Positions 12,896 to 23,295 of a stretch of DNA of 64,000 nt are shown in pieces. Position numbers and translations under genes: made by a program. The notes under the pieces are model-generated. The model did not search any database, was not told the origin of the DNA, and worked only from the letters and a program-made list of their open reading frames with translations. How positions within the stretch are numbered: the stretch's first letter is position 1; each line of letters opens with the position of its first letter. The DNA is from Azolla caroliniana (Eukaryota > Plantae > Polypodiophyta), in NCBI GenBank assembly GCA_043228905.1, contig JBHGNT010000016.1, positions 5,518,001 through 5,582,000 on the forward strand. Direction: 5' to 3'.

Positions 12896-13805
12896 AGCGA
12901 GTTATGTGTCTTGCGAGGCTATCTGTGTTGTTCTTCCCTTCCCCCTTTGTTTTGTGTGTTTTTTAATGTGTTATTGTGCGTTTTCTGGTTGGGGGAGGGA
13001 GGGAGGATTGTGGGTGTGGGAGTACCTGGACAGTAGCTAGCGCCGTGCTCCTCCTCCTGCTCTGTTGGACAGCGCGCGTGATCCTCATCGTGCACCTGCT
13101 CCTGCTCTTGCTCTTGCTCTTGCTCGCCATGTCTGCGCACCCTGTTCTGCTGCTCCCACTCCATGCTCTGCTGCTCATGCTCCCGCCATCGCTCTATTTC
13201 CTTGTGTTTGTTCTTTCTCCATTACCATTGTATTAACTATATTAACTTATCCTAAGTGTTATAAATATAGATTTAATAGGTATAAGACTTTTATTTATGA
13301 CTACCTTTATTAAAAGGTAAATCATGCATTTTTAGAGTGCGTGAATACTTTATTTACAAGAAAAATATAAACCAATAAAAAAAATACTCCTGCACATCTA
13401 GCGTGCATGATCACTATATTTAGGAAATAAAAGCATAGTGGAAAAAGCAACTCATGCACATTTAGTGTGCATGAACACTTTAGAAAAGGCAGGAAGTTAT
13501 GCTTAGTCTCTCCCATCCTTATATAAGGAGGAGAGAAAGATGTATATGGTTGTTGATTATTTTGTAAGGATTGACCAATATAATATATTCGTGGGATTCA
13601 CGAATTTGTCATCTAAATTGTCTCTTACTATCTAAATACTGATTAAATACACTAAACTCGTGGGATTCACGAAATTCATAACTTACCTCTCTTTCTACCT
13701 ATTCATTACTAGCCTTATCTCATATTCTTCTTTCTCCTAGTCCAAAACCTCAGTGGTTCCCACCCGACTCACGCAACGATCCAGAGCTAAAAGGCACGAC
13801 ACAAG

Positions 13806-13823
13806 TGGTGAACCCGACGTGAA
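13806..13823 (+). promoter_or_regulatory. Primer-binding site of element B, tRNA-Trp
   Basis: TGGTGAACCCGACGTGAA is the reverse complement of the 3' end of plant cytosolic tRNA-Trp(CCA); it lies 4 nt after the LTR end. Confidence 0.85.
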
Positions 13824-13866
13824 ACTGGGTGGCAAGGAGATGTAAATTCAACTAAAGGCTAACAAC

Positions 13867-15882
13867 ATGATGGTGATGTTCGAGCGGATGCTACAAGAAC
13901 AACGCGCGATGTCGGATATTGCGGCAGCAGTAGAGTGGCTCGTGCAACGGAACAAGCAATTCAATGGGAAAGATGTGTCGCAGTATTTGCGAGATTACAA
14001 GGTGGAAATGCTACGGTGTAGAATTTCAGAAGGATTACAAGTGACATCCTTCAACCGGGTGGCGATCGACGGTCTTCAAGGGAGTATCCACGGGATATGA
14101 CAACAGAATTTGACATGGGAGTCATTTGAAGAGGCCCTAAAGACCACGTTCGCCATCGAGGACTCCTCCAAGGGAAAGAGGAGAGGATTCAAAGATTGGG
14201 TGGAAACGCCGGACAAGGGGATGAAGGTCCTCGATGTGTTTCTGGCATTCAAAAGTTGGTTTGGGAGGTTGTCCGCGAGAGATAAAGCTATCCTCGCACC
14301 AGACAAAGTGATCATGTTCCTACGAGCCGTGGATGTCCGGGACCGGAAAGATCTTGGAATGCTTCGGGAGGACACGGTCACCGAGAGTGGCCTCACTGAT
14401 GTATGGGATAACGTGCGAGATATCGTCGCACGATACACAAAGAGGGGGCAATGGCTTGCTAACGAAGAAAAGAGGGTTTAGGAACCGATTCCGAAACCGA
14501 GATCCGGATTGGAAGACCATCAACCGCGGGCCCGGGAGACTACGATCGAGAAGGGAATCGACGCAACCACAGTGGAGCAGTTGCTGAAGGAGATGGAGAA
14601 TCTAAAAATCGCAATGGTGAAGAAGTCAAATGACCATCCCACAAGTTCCAAGTATATGGACCGTTGGTGTATATGGTGTGATAGCACCGAATATGATTGG
14701 AGGGATTGCGATGAGCAAAAGGAGGCGTTACGACAAGATCTTATCTACTACGAGGGAAATCGGATTCATTCGATGGACTCTCGGAAGCCACCCTGACCGA
14801 ACTTCTCGAAAGGTAGCATGAAGAAGGTCCTAGAGGAGGAAATAGCGGCGAAAGGTAATTATGCGACAATCGCGGGAATAAGTGTGGGTGAGTCATCGGG
14901 AGCAAAGGCATCTTTTTGGCCGGATGTGCTAGAAAACCCCGAGAAAACTGACTCCAATGAGATTCGAAGCACCACGGAAGGCATCCGTGAAGCTACGGGA
15001 TGGGAGTGCCCCGTCGATAAGAATAGCGTGTACGCCTTATGTCAATTGCATGAAGTGTATATAGACGAGAAATGACGACGCACGGATGATGCGGTCAGAC
15101 CATCGAAGACACCGGAAAGCTGGAACTCCGGAGGGAAGGGAAAAGAAAAGACGATTCCGGGATTTAAGCTCGCCTCGGACATCGAACAACAAACAGACTT
15201 GAAAAAGGTGTTCGAGGAGAGAATCCTCGATAGCCGGGTAGAATTTTTGCTTCGGGAATTACTTGGAATAGCGAAGAAGGAGTTCCACGATCTTCTTGTG
15301 GATCTCGTGAAGAGAAATAGACAAAGTACGGAGGAAAATGCTCCAAGGGTGAATGCAAATACCGTTTTAATGAATGACACCGAATTTGAGGACGAAATTT
15401 CGAACTCCCACTACACAAGGCCACATTAGGCACGTGCAACTACGGAGACTTTGGTCTGAATCAGCAACATCAAAGAGCCCGTGCTAACATTGATTGATCA
15501 CGGATCCGAGATCAACTTGATGTCCAAGGAGTTCTACCAGAAGGGGAAGTGGCCTATTAACACTAATCATGGATGGAAGATCCAGGCAGCCACTAAAGCA
15601 ACAGAAGACCTATTTGCGGCTTGTCCGGATGTGACGGTGAAGATTGGAGATGTGGAGATAGACCAAAATTTCTTCGTGCAAGATGAGGTCTTACACTCTG
15701 TGATCCTCGGGCAACCCTTTATCATGGCATCACGGATGGAGACGAAGGTGCTTGATAGCGGTGCGGCTTTCGCACGAATTCGGAGTCAAGGCGGAGGTAA
15801 ATCTGTCCAATTCCTAACTGTGCCTGCGAATCATGAAAGGAACAAGAGGGAGCTCTTGTCCCAAACAAAGATGGATTTTTAG
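13867..15882 (+). pseudogene. Degenerate gag-protease ORF of element B
   Basis: FNGKDVSQYL gag motif, Cys-knuckle CIWCDSTEYDWRDC, protease LIDHGSEINLM..VILGQPF; single frame broken by in-frame stops; ends KMDF-TAG. Confidence 0.85.
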
Positions 15883-17550
15883 AGCAGACTGTTGCGGAGT
15901 GGGGAAGTGATTGTCCAAGAAGCCCTGATACCCTACACATGAAGAAAACTCTCGGAGCAAAACAAGTACGAATCGGTCCGAATGGGGCATCTACGTACAC
16001 GGCTGTAACCGGAGGAATGAAGAAAGAATACTGAAAAGTAGAGGATAAGTTACGGTCGGCATTAATAATAAAAGAAGACGAAGAAATCGTGGGAGTAGTC
16101 GAAGAAGTGTTCTATGGGAGCACGCTACAACGACTTGAAGAGCTTGCGAAAGAAAATAGACAGGGAGACTAGGTAGTTCCGGTGGAATCGGTCGAGATGT
16201 ACGAGATCATTGCGAAAATGGGGCCAGATGCACTCCGCAAAGAAGAAGCAATGGTAAGTACGGAATACAAGACTGTGGAGAAGAAAGTGAAACCGGCCGC
16301 GGGATCGCTACCCGCCGATAGCGAACAAAAGAGGAAAGAAGTCTCGGGAGATCTGACACTTCGAAAGTTTGTGGATATCGGACATGCCTTCACGGATGAG
16401 ACCCGGAAAAAACTTCAAATCGGTGGAGGTAGTTTCCTCTTACAAAAATAAGAAGAACAGTTTCGTGAGATGTTGGAACAACATGGAAAAGCATTTGCAT
16501 TCACATCGAAGGAGATATTGTACGTTGATCCGAAGATAGTGGAGCCGATGGTGATCTTCACGATTGATCATGTGTCGTGGAACTTGAAGCTGATTCCGGT
16601 GCCACGGGCGCATATTCCGAAAGTCATCGACTTGCTCAAGGAGAAGGTGGCGATGGGGATTCTAGAACCATCTAACGCCCCGTACTTAAATCGATGGTTT
16701 ACGGTTCCGAAGAAGAATGGGTCACTCCGGTTTATTCAAGACTTGCAATCGGTGAACAAGGTCACGATCCGGAACTCCGGGGTCAGTCTGATAGTGGACG
16801 AATTTGCGGAAGCATTTGCCGGACGCGCGATATACTCCATGAAAGACCTATACTCCGGGTATGACCAATTCCAACTAGCCATGGAGAGCCGAGACATCAC
16901 TATCATGCGAACAACGATAGGATTAGTCCGTATGTGCACCCTACCACAAGGCGCAACGAACTCGGTCACGCATATGATGAATGCAATGAACAAGGTGCTT
17001 CGAGACTACATTCCGGAGATAACGATGCCGTTCCTAGATGACATTCCGATGAAAGGATGCGCGGTGGAAGAAAAAGATGAGACTATGGATGATCGGGGAT
17101 GCCGACAGTTCGTAGTCGACCATATTCACAATTGCGAGAAAGTGCTACAAAAGTTAGAAGATGTGCACCTAACACTTTCCGGAGAGAAATCGGCATTCAG
17201 ACAAGAAGAAATATTGGTAGTTGGACATGTCTATGTGGGCCTTATGGCCGAAGACCGTCACCAACCAGATTCAAGCTATGAAAGAAGTATGCGAGTCACA
17301 ATCTAAAGTCTGAAGGTTTCTTGGAGCATGTGCATTCTATCACATATGGATTCCGCACTATGCACATATTGCGGAAGGGTAAGAAGTTCAAATGGAGACC
17401 GGAACATACCAAAGCCATGAAGAATCTTAAGAAAACACTACAAAGGGCGGAATCACTTAAGAAGCCGAGTTATGACCGACCGATCATAGTAACGGTTGAC
17501 ACAAGTCCAACCGGAATCGGATGGGTCATCAATCAAGCCGACTCGGATTA
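15879..17550 (+). pseudogene. Degenerate pol (RT and start of RNase H) of element B, in the -1 frame relative to gag-pro
   Basis: KKNGSLRFIQDLQ..DLYSGYDQF..LPQGATNS..FLDDI; RNase H start IVTVDTSPTGIGWVI, then truncated directly into the LTR. Confidence 0.85.
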
Positions 17551-17872
17551 TTAGAAAAGGCAGGAAGCTATGCTTAGTCTCTCCCATCCTTATATAAGGA
17601 GGAGAGAAAGATGTATATGGTTGTTGATTATTTTGTAAGGATTGACCAATATAATATATTCGTGGGATTCACGAATTTGTCATCTAAATTGTCTCTTACT
17701 ATCTAAATACTGATTAAATACACTAAACTCGTGGGATTCACGAAATTCATAACTTACCTCTCTTTTTACCTATTCATTACTAGCCTTATCTCATATTCTT
17801 CTTTCTCCTAGTCCAAAACCTCAGTGGTTCCCACCCGACTCACACAATGATTCGAAGCCGAAAGGCACGACA
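17551..17872 (+). repeat. 3' LTR remnant of element B (last 322 bp)
   Basis: Near-identical to 13480-13801; ends CACGACA followed by the TSD. Confidence 0.92.
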
Positions 17873-18511
17873 ACGTGGGACTTGATCCTACCCTTCATCA
17901 GCCATGCGTATAACACCTCGGTGCAAGCCTCGACTCGAATCAGCCCTTTCCAAGCACTATATGGACGAGACCCCCGTTTACCCCGACATCAAGGTGGACC
18001 TACCCAAAAAAATACTCGAGGCGATGCAATGGATTGGTGGTTGCACTTGCAATAGGTCCAACCTATCTTACGGCTGGGCATACACAAGAATCTACAACTA
18101 GCTCAGTCACGACAAAAGCGGTGCTATGATAAAGGCCGCCGGGCGATAGAGTACGTAGTCGAAGCAAAGGTCCTCGTCTATTTCCCGATCCGGCGACATG
18201 GACTCAGTGAATCAATGATGGATCGATGGACTGACCCTTTTACAGTCATCCGATCAATGAGGGCCAACACTTATTCCCTCCGTCGAGATGCTAATGGACG
18301 TATTACCTATGCACACGTGATCAAGATGAAGCCATATGTCCACCAATCCACAACTCAAGCATCACAAGAAGAGGAAACTCACCATGATGTCCCCGGCGAG
18401 GATGACTCAGAAAACCCTTTAGTCGCAGCTAGCCAACAGGACAAACCAGCCAGCCACCATCGAACACGAGCGACCAAAATGCCATCTATAATGGCAACAC
18501 ATCGGAGGTAG
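17873..18511 (+). pseudogene. Integrase C-terminal half of element A (resumes after element B)
   Basis: Removing B joins ...SLHT to TWDLILPFISHAYNTSVQASTRISPFQALYGRDPRLP, followed by RWTDPFTVI..HVIKMKPY. No chromodomain is visible. Confidence 0.88.
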
Positions 18512-18581
18512 CTCCCACAGTAACAACGCAGAGGCACCATTAGACACAATCGACGTACTTAGGTTTTTTGAAGGGGGGAGC

Positions 18582-18824
18582 TGTGGGATCGCGTGGTAAA
18601 ACCACAGGCCAAAACCCCTCACTTGACCCAAGTAGCTATAACTAGGGTTAGGGGAGTTAGACCATGGTTTAGTTAGTTACACCATAGTTAGTAAAAGGTT
18701 AGTTAGAGATAAGTAACTAGAAGTGTGCCAAGATAACCGAATGTATCTTGGAATGTAATACCAAAATGTATAAAAGGATTTAGATGGAATGGAAAAGGGG
18801 AAGAGAGTTTGGAGGCATTTTACA
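18582..18824 (+). repeat. 3' LTR of element A
   Basis: Copy of 40-267, preceded by a polypurine tract at 18570-18580. Confidence 0.93.
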
Positions 18825-19349
18825 ATATATATAATTATTTCGAACAACTTTCTTATAAATTTGTTGCATTTTTTCATGGAAGCTCAGTTGGAAATATGTA
18901 CGTATGGAATGACATTGCACAAAAGTCATATAAAATTTCTGCACAATTCCTATAGAAATTTAGTATTTAGTTCTAAATTCGTGTTATTTTCCATACTGGG
19001 TACAGAAAACGTGGAAAAAATTTCCACACTGGGAATCGCAAAGGGGACTTTCATATGTAAAGTTGAACTTGGAAACTCTGATCATCCGATTGTATAAGCT
19101 GTTCTCTATTGAGAGATAAATCAAGGGAGAAAAGAAAATTTAGTTAACGAAAAATGAGTTTAGAAAATTGCAGATTTAGGGGGACATCAATGGTGTACTA
19201 ATAGTTTTAGGTCACCGCATTGATACTGGGCAATGTATAGTTATTCTGTATGAGTATTGCGGTTGTCTCAAGGAATGATCCAATAATTTTCCTTTTCCTT
19301 TTCAATTGTTTTTCATTTTTTGGATAAATAAATAAAAAGTTATAAAGTA

Positions 19350-20545
19350 ATGGATTTCCAACTGAAATCTGGTGCACTATCGGATTTCAATTGAAAATCT
19401 TTTTTTTTTGTTAGTTTTTTCATAAAACAATGAAAGAAAAAAAAAATATATTTAAGTTAAAACTCCGTCATTTTCAACCGAAAATCCGATGCAGTGCATC
19501 AGGAAATCCAAGATTTTTTAATTTTTTAAACTGTTTTATGTAAAAAATTTTAAAAAAAAGAAAAATTTTAAAAAGAAAAAGAAAAAGTGGATTTTCAACA
19601 GAAAGGTAATGCATTGCATCGGATTTCAGTTGAAAATCTATTTTTTCAATATTTATTTATTTATTTATGGAAAACAAAATGTAAAAACATTAAAAACAAA
19701 TTTCAAAAAATGGATTTTCAATTGAAATCCAATGCGTGCGTTGCATCGGATTCTAGCTCTATATACTAAAATCTGATAAAGTGCATCGGATTTTAGTTGA
19801 AAATCTAGTTTTATTTATTTATTTATGGAAAAATGAAAAACATTAAAAAAACTTCACAAAAATGGATTTTCAACGGAAAGCCGATGCACTGCATCGGCTT
19901 CTAGCTGTATAGACTAAAATTCGATGCGCTGCATCGGATTTCATTTGAAAATTTATTTTTTTGTAATTGTTTTTTATTTTTTATGGAAAGAAACTATAAA
20001 ACATTAAAAAAAATTCACAAAAATGGATTTTCAACGGAAAGCTGATGCACTGCATCGGATTCTAGCTGTATAGACTAAAATTCGATGCACTGCATCGGAT
20101 TTCATTTGAAAATCTATTTTTTTGTAATTGGTTTTTATTTTTTATCGAAAGAAACTATAAAACATTAAAAAAATTAAAAAAATAGATTTTCATGCAATGC
20201 ATTGCATCGGATTCTATCTTTATAGACAAAAATTCATTGCAATACATCGAATTTCAATTGATAATACATTTTTTTAATTTTTTAATTTTTAATTTTGTTA
20301 TGGAAAAAATGAAAAAATGAAAAAATAAAGAAAAAACAATTGCATATTTTCAACTAAAAATTCTGATGCAATGCATCAGATTCTAGATGGATAAAGTAAA
20401 ACACAATGCAATGCATTAGATTTGAGTTGAAAATCCAAGATTTTTAAATTTTTTTTAAGATAATTTAAAAGTGGATTTTCAAAGGAAATCCAATGCAGTG
20501 TATCATATTTTAGTCTATGTAGCTAGAATTCAATGCAATGCATTG
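19350..20545. repeat. Array of about 9 palindromic modules (GATTTTCA..ATCCGATGCA-N-TGCATCGGAT..TGAAAATC) separated by T-tract/A-tract spacers
   Basis: Modules start near 19350, 19470, 19588, 19711, 19863, 20024, 20183, 20343 and 20472; the units at 19863 and 20024 are near-identical 161-bp copies. Confidence 0.85.
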
Positions 20546-22090
20546 TGTCATGATACGAAAAGACTTGAACCCATAACATTATATTACATGGGTCAAGCTC
20601 TTGACTATTACACTATCTATTATAATATGTAGGGTACTATTTTTATTTAAGTTTTACTATAGAAAATTAATGTATATTCTAGATTTCTCTGGAACATTCT
20701 AGAAGCTTCAGGACTACTCTTGAGAACACTATAAAAAGAGGCACAAGGCATTATTTCGAACCAAATCAGTTCAATGCCAGTCTTAAGCCTCTGAGCCTTC
20801 CTTGTATATTCTTCTCACATAATATATCGTTGTCATCATCATTTTCTCTCCCTCGATCTCTCACTCTCTTTTTCTCTCTCTCTCTCTCTTCGATCAAGCC
20901 CAATCCTTGCACGAATTTCTCTCACAACCACGATGTGCACTCTCGATTGCAACATTCATTGGTAAAGTTCTTGAACATCGAGAGTCGCTACTCACCTTCA
21001 CACGTATCACGTGAAATGTAATATTTTTGGTCTCATAGGTCATATTTGACCTCCGAAGACGATAATATAATGTATCTATCTCTCTCTCCTTCTCTCGAGT
21101 GGTCTACACCCTCTATTCCTCTTAGTACTAATATTCCTCTCTTAGTACTAATTTCTTCTCTGTCTCAGTACTATTCTGGACAGTTTGAACCGATTGTCCT
21201 CTTTCCGTCTCCTCCTTTCCTCCTCTTCCTTTTATCTTCTTACATATCCCTTTTTTTCGGGTCTTCTTTCCGGTTTCCCCCATCTTCTTACCCCTTTTTT
21301 CCCTTCATACTAATCCTCTTATCCTCCCTAGTGAAATGGAAACTGTTAGCGCTCAGGAATACCAATCTATTTTCTCGGAGCTCCAGTGCTTAAAAGAGAA
21401 ATTTGTAGCACTAGAACAAGAAAATCACCGTTTGTTGGGGGATCTTCAACAAATAGCGCTGGAAAAACAACAACACGGGGAGCTGACGTTACGTGTACAA
21501 CAACTTGAAGCGACTATTGTATCACTACAACAACAAGGATCAAGCACTCAAGGGATTCACAAAGAACCCAAGATCGGTCTTCCTGCAAAATTTGATGGGA
21601 CCTGATCACCGATGCATCACGAGTAGGACTAGTAGGCACTCTACTTAGTGGCTCAACATTGACATGGTTCGCTCCGTTGTTAGAAAAGGAATCTCCATTA
21701 CTAAACAATTTTGAAGAATTTATAAGTGAGTTTAAAGCCTGTTTTGGAGATACTGACATCATAAGGACAACAATCAACAAAATTCGACGATTACGCCAAG
21801 GTGATTGTCCAGCCTCCGCATACGCTGTAGATTTCCACCTACTTGCCGCTGATATCCCTTGGGATGATCAAGCATTGATGGAGCAATTTCATTATGGTTT
21901 ACACAACAATGTCAAGGATTTACTCTTGACCTTCCATGAAGAACCAAAGTCATTAACAGAAGCAATCAGTCGTGCAGTGAGATGCGACAACCGCCTTTTC
22001 GAACGACATTCAGAACGACAATTCTAGATTCCGAGGGCAAGATCAGAGCCCACCTATGCCTCAGTGGTAACGAAACATTTTCCACGGGAG
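20546..22090 (+). mobile_element. Truncated Tcn1-like chromovirus (Ty3/gypsy): 5' LTR plus gag
   Basis: TGTCA start, TCTAGA-rich LTR with TATAAAA; gag 21336-22027: coiled-coil, KEPKIGLPAKFDGT, VGTLLSG..WFAPLLEKESPLLNNFEEF, LRQG..YAVDF..WDDQALMEQF. LTR end uncertain (~21016-21064). Confidence 0.75.
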
Positions 22091-22098
22091 TCATATAA

Positions 22099-22797
22099 CT
22101 CGTTGAACATTGGGTTAGTGTTCGATGAGTGAAGACTCGTCGAACATTGGGTAAGTATTCGAAGAGTGAAGTTTCATCTAACATTAGGCGAGTGTTTGAC
22201 GAGTGAAAAACTCGTCGAACATTGGGAGATTGTTCAATGAGTGAAAACTTGACGAATGTTAGGGGAATCTTGAGACATAATTTTCGAAATTGATATGTCT
22301 TAGGTGAGGAGTGAATGGAATCCCTAACACCCGCCATCGTATCTTGTGCAGACCCACGTCACATTCTCATTCACTCCTCACCTCGGACATATCAGTTTCG
22401 AAAATTGTGTCCAAAGATTCCCCCAACATTCGTCGAGTTTTCGCTCATCGAACAATCTCCCAATGTTCGATGAGTTTTTCACTCCTCAAACACTCACTGA
22501 ATGTTCAATGCGTCTTCACTCATCGAACATTCGCCCAATGTTCAACGAGTTTCCACTCATTGAACACCCTCCCAACATCCGACGAGTTTCCACTCGTCTA
22601 ACACTAACACAATGTTCGGTGAGTCTCCACTCGTCAAATGATAACCCAATGTTCAACGAGTTTCCACTCATTGAACCCTAACCCAATGTTCGATGAGTCT
22701 CCACTCGACAAACCCTAATCAAATGTACAACGAGTCTCCATTCAACGAACACTATCCCAATGTTCACTCGTCGAACACTAGCTCAAGGTCCGATGAG
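22099..22797. repeat. Foldback-like structure: two inverted arrays of a 37-bp palindromic unit around a ~65-bp unique inverted repeat and ~40-bp loop
   Basis: Unit CTCGTCGAACA-TTGGGTTAG-TGTTCGATGAG-TGAAGA (starts 22099, 22136, 22173, 22211, 22248); reverse-complement array ~22424-22797; inner arms ~22255-22321 and ~22363-22431. Confidence 0.85.
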
Positions 22798-23295
22798 TGT
22801 TCATGTTGTTTCCTCTCCGTCCAACCATTGTTACAGACATACATTTTTATACTAACCCCTATATGTTTGTCAAATAGTTGACGTCCACCCTTTCACCAAG
22901 CTCCTCCACTCATATTACCCAGACGTTGGTTGTGGCTCCATGGTGATCCAATACGAGTTCAACAACACCCGATGTACCTATTGGGTGGCCACTGTGGCCA
23001 CGCAATTCAAATACCAAGATCCTCTTGTAGCTTGGCCTCAAGTTCTTCCTCGGAATTGCCCCTTGGGGCGTACTCCTGGAACTAGTCAACTGGTTCTTGA
23101 TAGGGTACGACCCCCACATTGACAAGGTTATCATGCAAGCCTTCGCGAATGCTACCCCGGTGGAGTTCCAGTTCACTGTTGTCGATGTCTACGCAACGCT
23201 TTACTTACCGGACGAAGGCGCCCCCTTTCGAATGACAAGGTCCCTTGGCGTCGTTTGTGACATCATACCTGCAACCTACAACAATTACTTCGGAC

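Larger units (their letters stand above)
3816..13221 (-). mobile_element. Full-length L1-clade LINE (degenerate), inserted in the 5' LTR of element B
   Basis: Poly(A) tail seen as a T-run at ~3815-3825; 17-bp TSD TTACCATTGTA(A/T)TAACT at 3799-3815 and 13222-13238; ORF1 and ORF2 on the minus strand. Confidence 0.92.
3646..17872 (+). mobile_element. Ty3/gypsy LTR retrotransposon B (tRNA-Trp PBS), inserted in the integrase of A, internally deleted
   Basis: Termini TGTCGT...ACGACA; TSD ATGT (3642-3645)/ACGT (17873-17876); 5' LTR 3646-13801 split by the LINE; 3' LTR remnant 17551-17872 matches 13480-13801. Confidence 0.9.
40..18824 (+). mobile_element. Ty3/gypsy LTR retrotransposon A (outer element, degenerate, ~4.5 kb without nested inserts)
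   Basis: TG..CA LTR pair 40-267 and 18582-18824; 4-bp TSD ATAT (36-39, 18825-18828); PBS-like TGGTGGAGA after the 5' LTR; PPT GAAGGGGGGAG before the 3' LTR; gag-PR-RT-RH-INT order with many stops and frameshifts. Confidence 0.93.

Noticed and set aside
12919-13164. EQ-repeat ORF upstream of LINE ORF1
   Set aside because: Derived from hexamer repeats in the LINE 5' UTR; no evidence of coding function.
18825-19033. Possible CACTA/EnSpm-like end (…TTCCACACTGGG) as the host of element A
   Set aside because: The other terminus would lie outside the window; TIR and TSD cannot be verified.
19350-20545. CRISPR-like appearance (palindromic repeats with spacers)
   Set aside because: Spacers are low-complexity A/T tracts that are homologous to each other, the repeats are degenerate, there are no cas genes, and the context is eukaryotic.
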